Source: Rhizophagus irregularis
Lineage: Eukaryota
Assembly: GCF_026210795.1 (NCBI RefSeq)
Contig: NC_089435.1
Span: 992,001 to 1,056,000, forward strand
Direction: 5' to 3'
Length of the DNA stretch: 64,000 nt
In this document: positions 63,350 to 64,000 of the stretch, one piece after another
Layout: every line of letters starts with the position of its first letter
Numbering within the stretch: the first letter of the stretch is position 1
Notes under the pieces: generated by a model
Seen by the model: the letters and a program-made list of their open reading frames with translations, nothing else
Told to the model about the DNA's origin: nothing
Database searches by the model: none
Made by a program: the position numbers and the translations under genes

Positions 63350-64000
63350 TAAAAAAGGCCAATCATCCTGTCCAAAAATTCTAGGAACTTTTTGGCCGAG
63401 AAATTTGAAAACTAATAGGCGACGTCTACCAAACTAGCCTCAAACGGTTCATAAAGGAACAGTTGGTGATGTTGAAATGCGTCGAAAAATGAACTACTTT
63501 TGAACTCTTCCACCTTTTTTTTTTGTGGTTTCTTGGGAATTTTTCGTCGCAAATTTTTTCGGTCAGCGCAGCAAAAATTTAGCACGCGGCTGGATTCTAA
63601 AAGTAGTAACGGACAATTTAGCGAGAAGCGAGGTGATTTACTGTAAACAAAAATTGCGGCAACAAATTTACCCGAAGCTGGGGCCATGTCCGCAGCAAAT
63701 CACGTGGTCTGTGCGAAAGTACCTTATTCTCCGTGTTCGCACGAAAAAAATTTTCGATAAAAAAGTAAAAGGTTTCTTGATGGATCTCCTGTGGAATTTG
63801 AGGAATTGGGCTGGACAAGTGTACCGCAGAACCAACCGAGCTGCTACGTCGGACGACTTGCTTTATGCTTCGCGTTCAACTGGAGTTACGGCTAGTTTAG
63901 TTTCTTGGGAATACATACTAACGTTTTGTTTTGTAGGTTGTTGGTACTTGGCGTTGGAAAGGAGGTGTTCCTATTCTTTTTTTCTGAACAAGTGATAAGC
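63350..64000. other. GC/CpG-richer segment, probably the start of another transposon; contains a TACTAAC..TAG 3' splice site at ~63916-63936
   Basis: Abrupt composition shift and no convincing ORF; truncated by the window edge. Confidence 0.3.

Noticed and set aside
63412..63995. ORFs at the window end
   Set aside because: Non-ATG or overlapping, with no domain similarity; likely transposon non-coding sequence.

Overview
This is a very AT-rich, intron-containing eukaryotic locus. Its gene families (expanded TKL-type kinases, Sel1-repeat, BTB-BACK(-TLDc) and F-box/RNI-like genes, many as pseudogenes) point to an arbuscular mycorrhizal fungus, Rhizophagus-like; this assignment is inference. 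Two nests of DNA transposons and LINE remnants lie at ~21.3-28.5 kb and ~53-57.8 kb. The standout is the apparent ~105-bp 'satellite' at 29.0-33.2 kb. Read by hand, it is a chain of canonical GT..AG introns separating 39 three-nucleotide exons and one single-nucleotide exon. Splicing all of them joins an MGGK-start N-terminus (28618) to an intact protein kinase (33208-34451) in one stop-free 440-aa frame. The micro-exons are in phase 1, so each codon is split across two exons, and the middle base of every triplet is G or T (NNK-like). Skipping, or gain and loss of units, would therefore rewrite a ~40-aa segment residue by residue. This is a candidate combinatorial diversification system on a kinase. 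Splicing is inferred from sequence only and needs transcript data.
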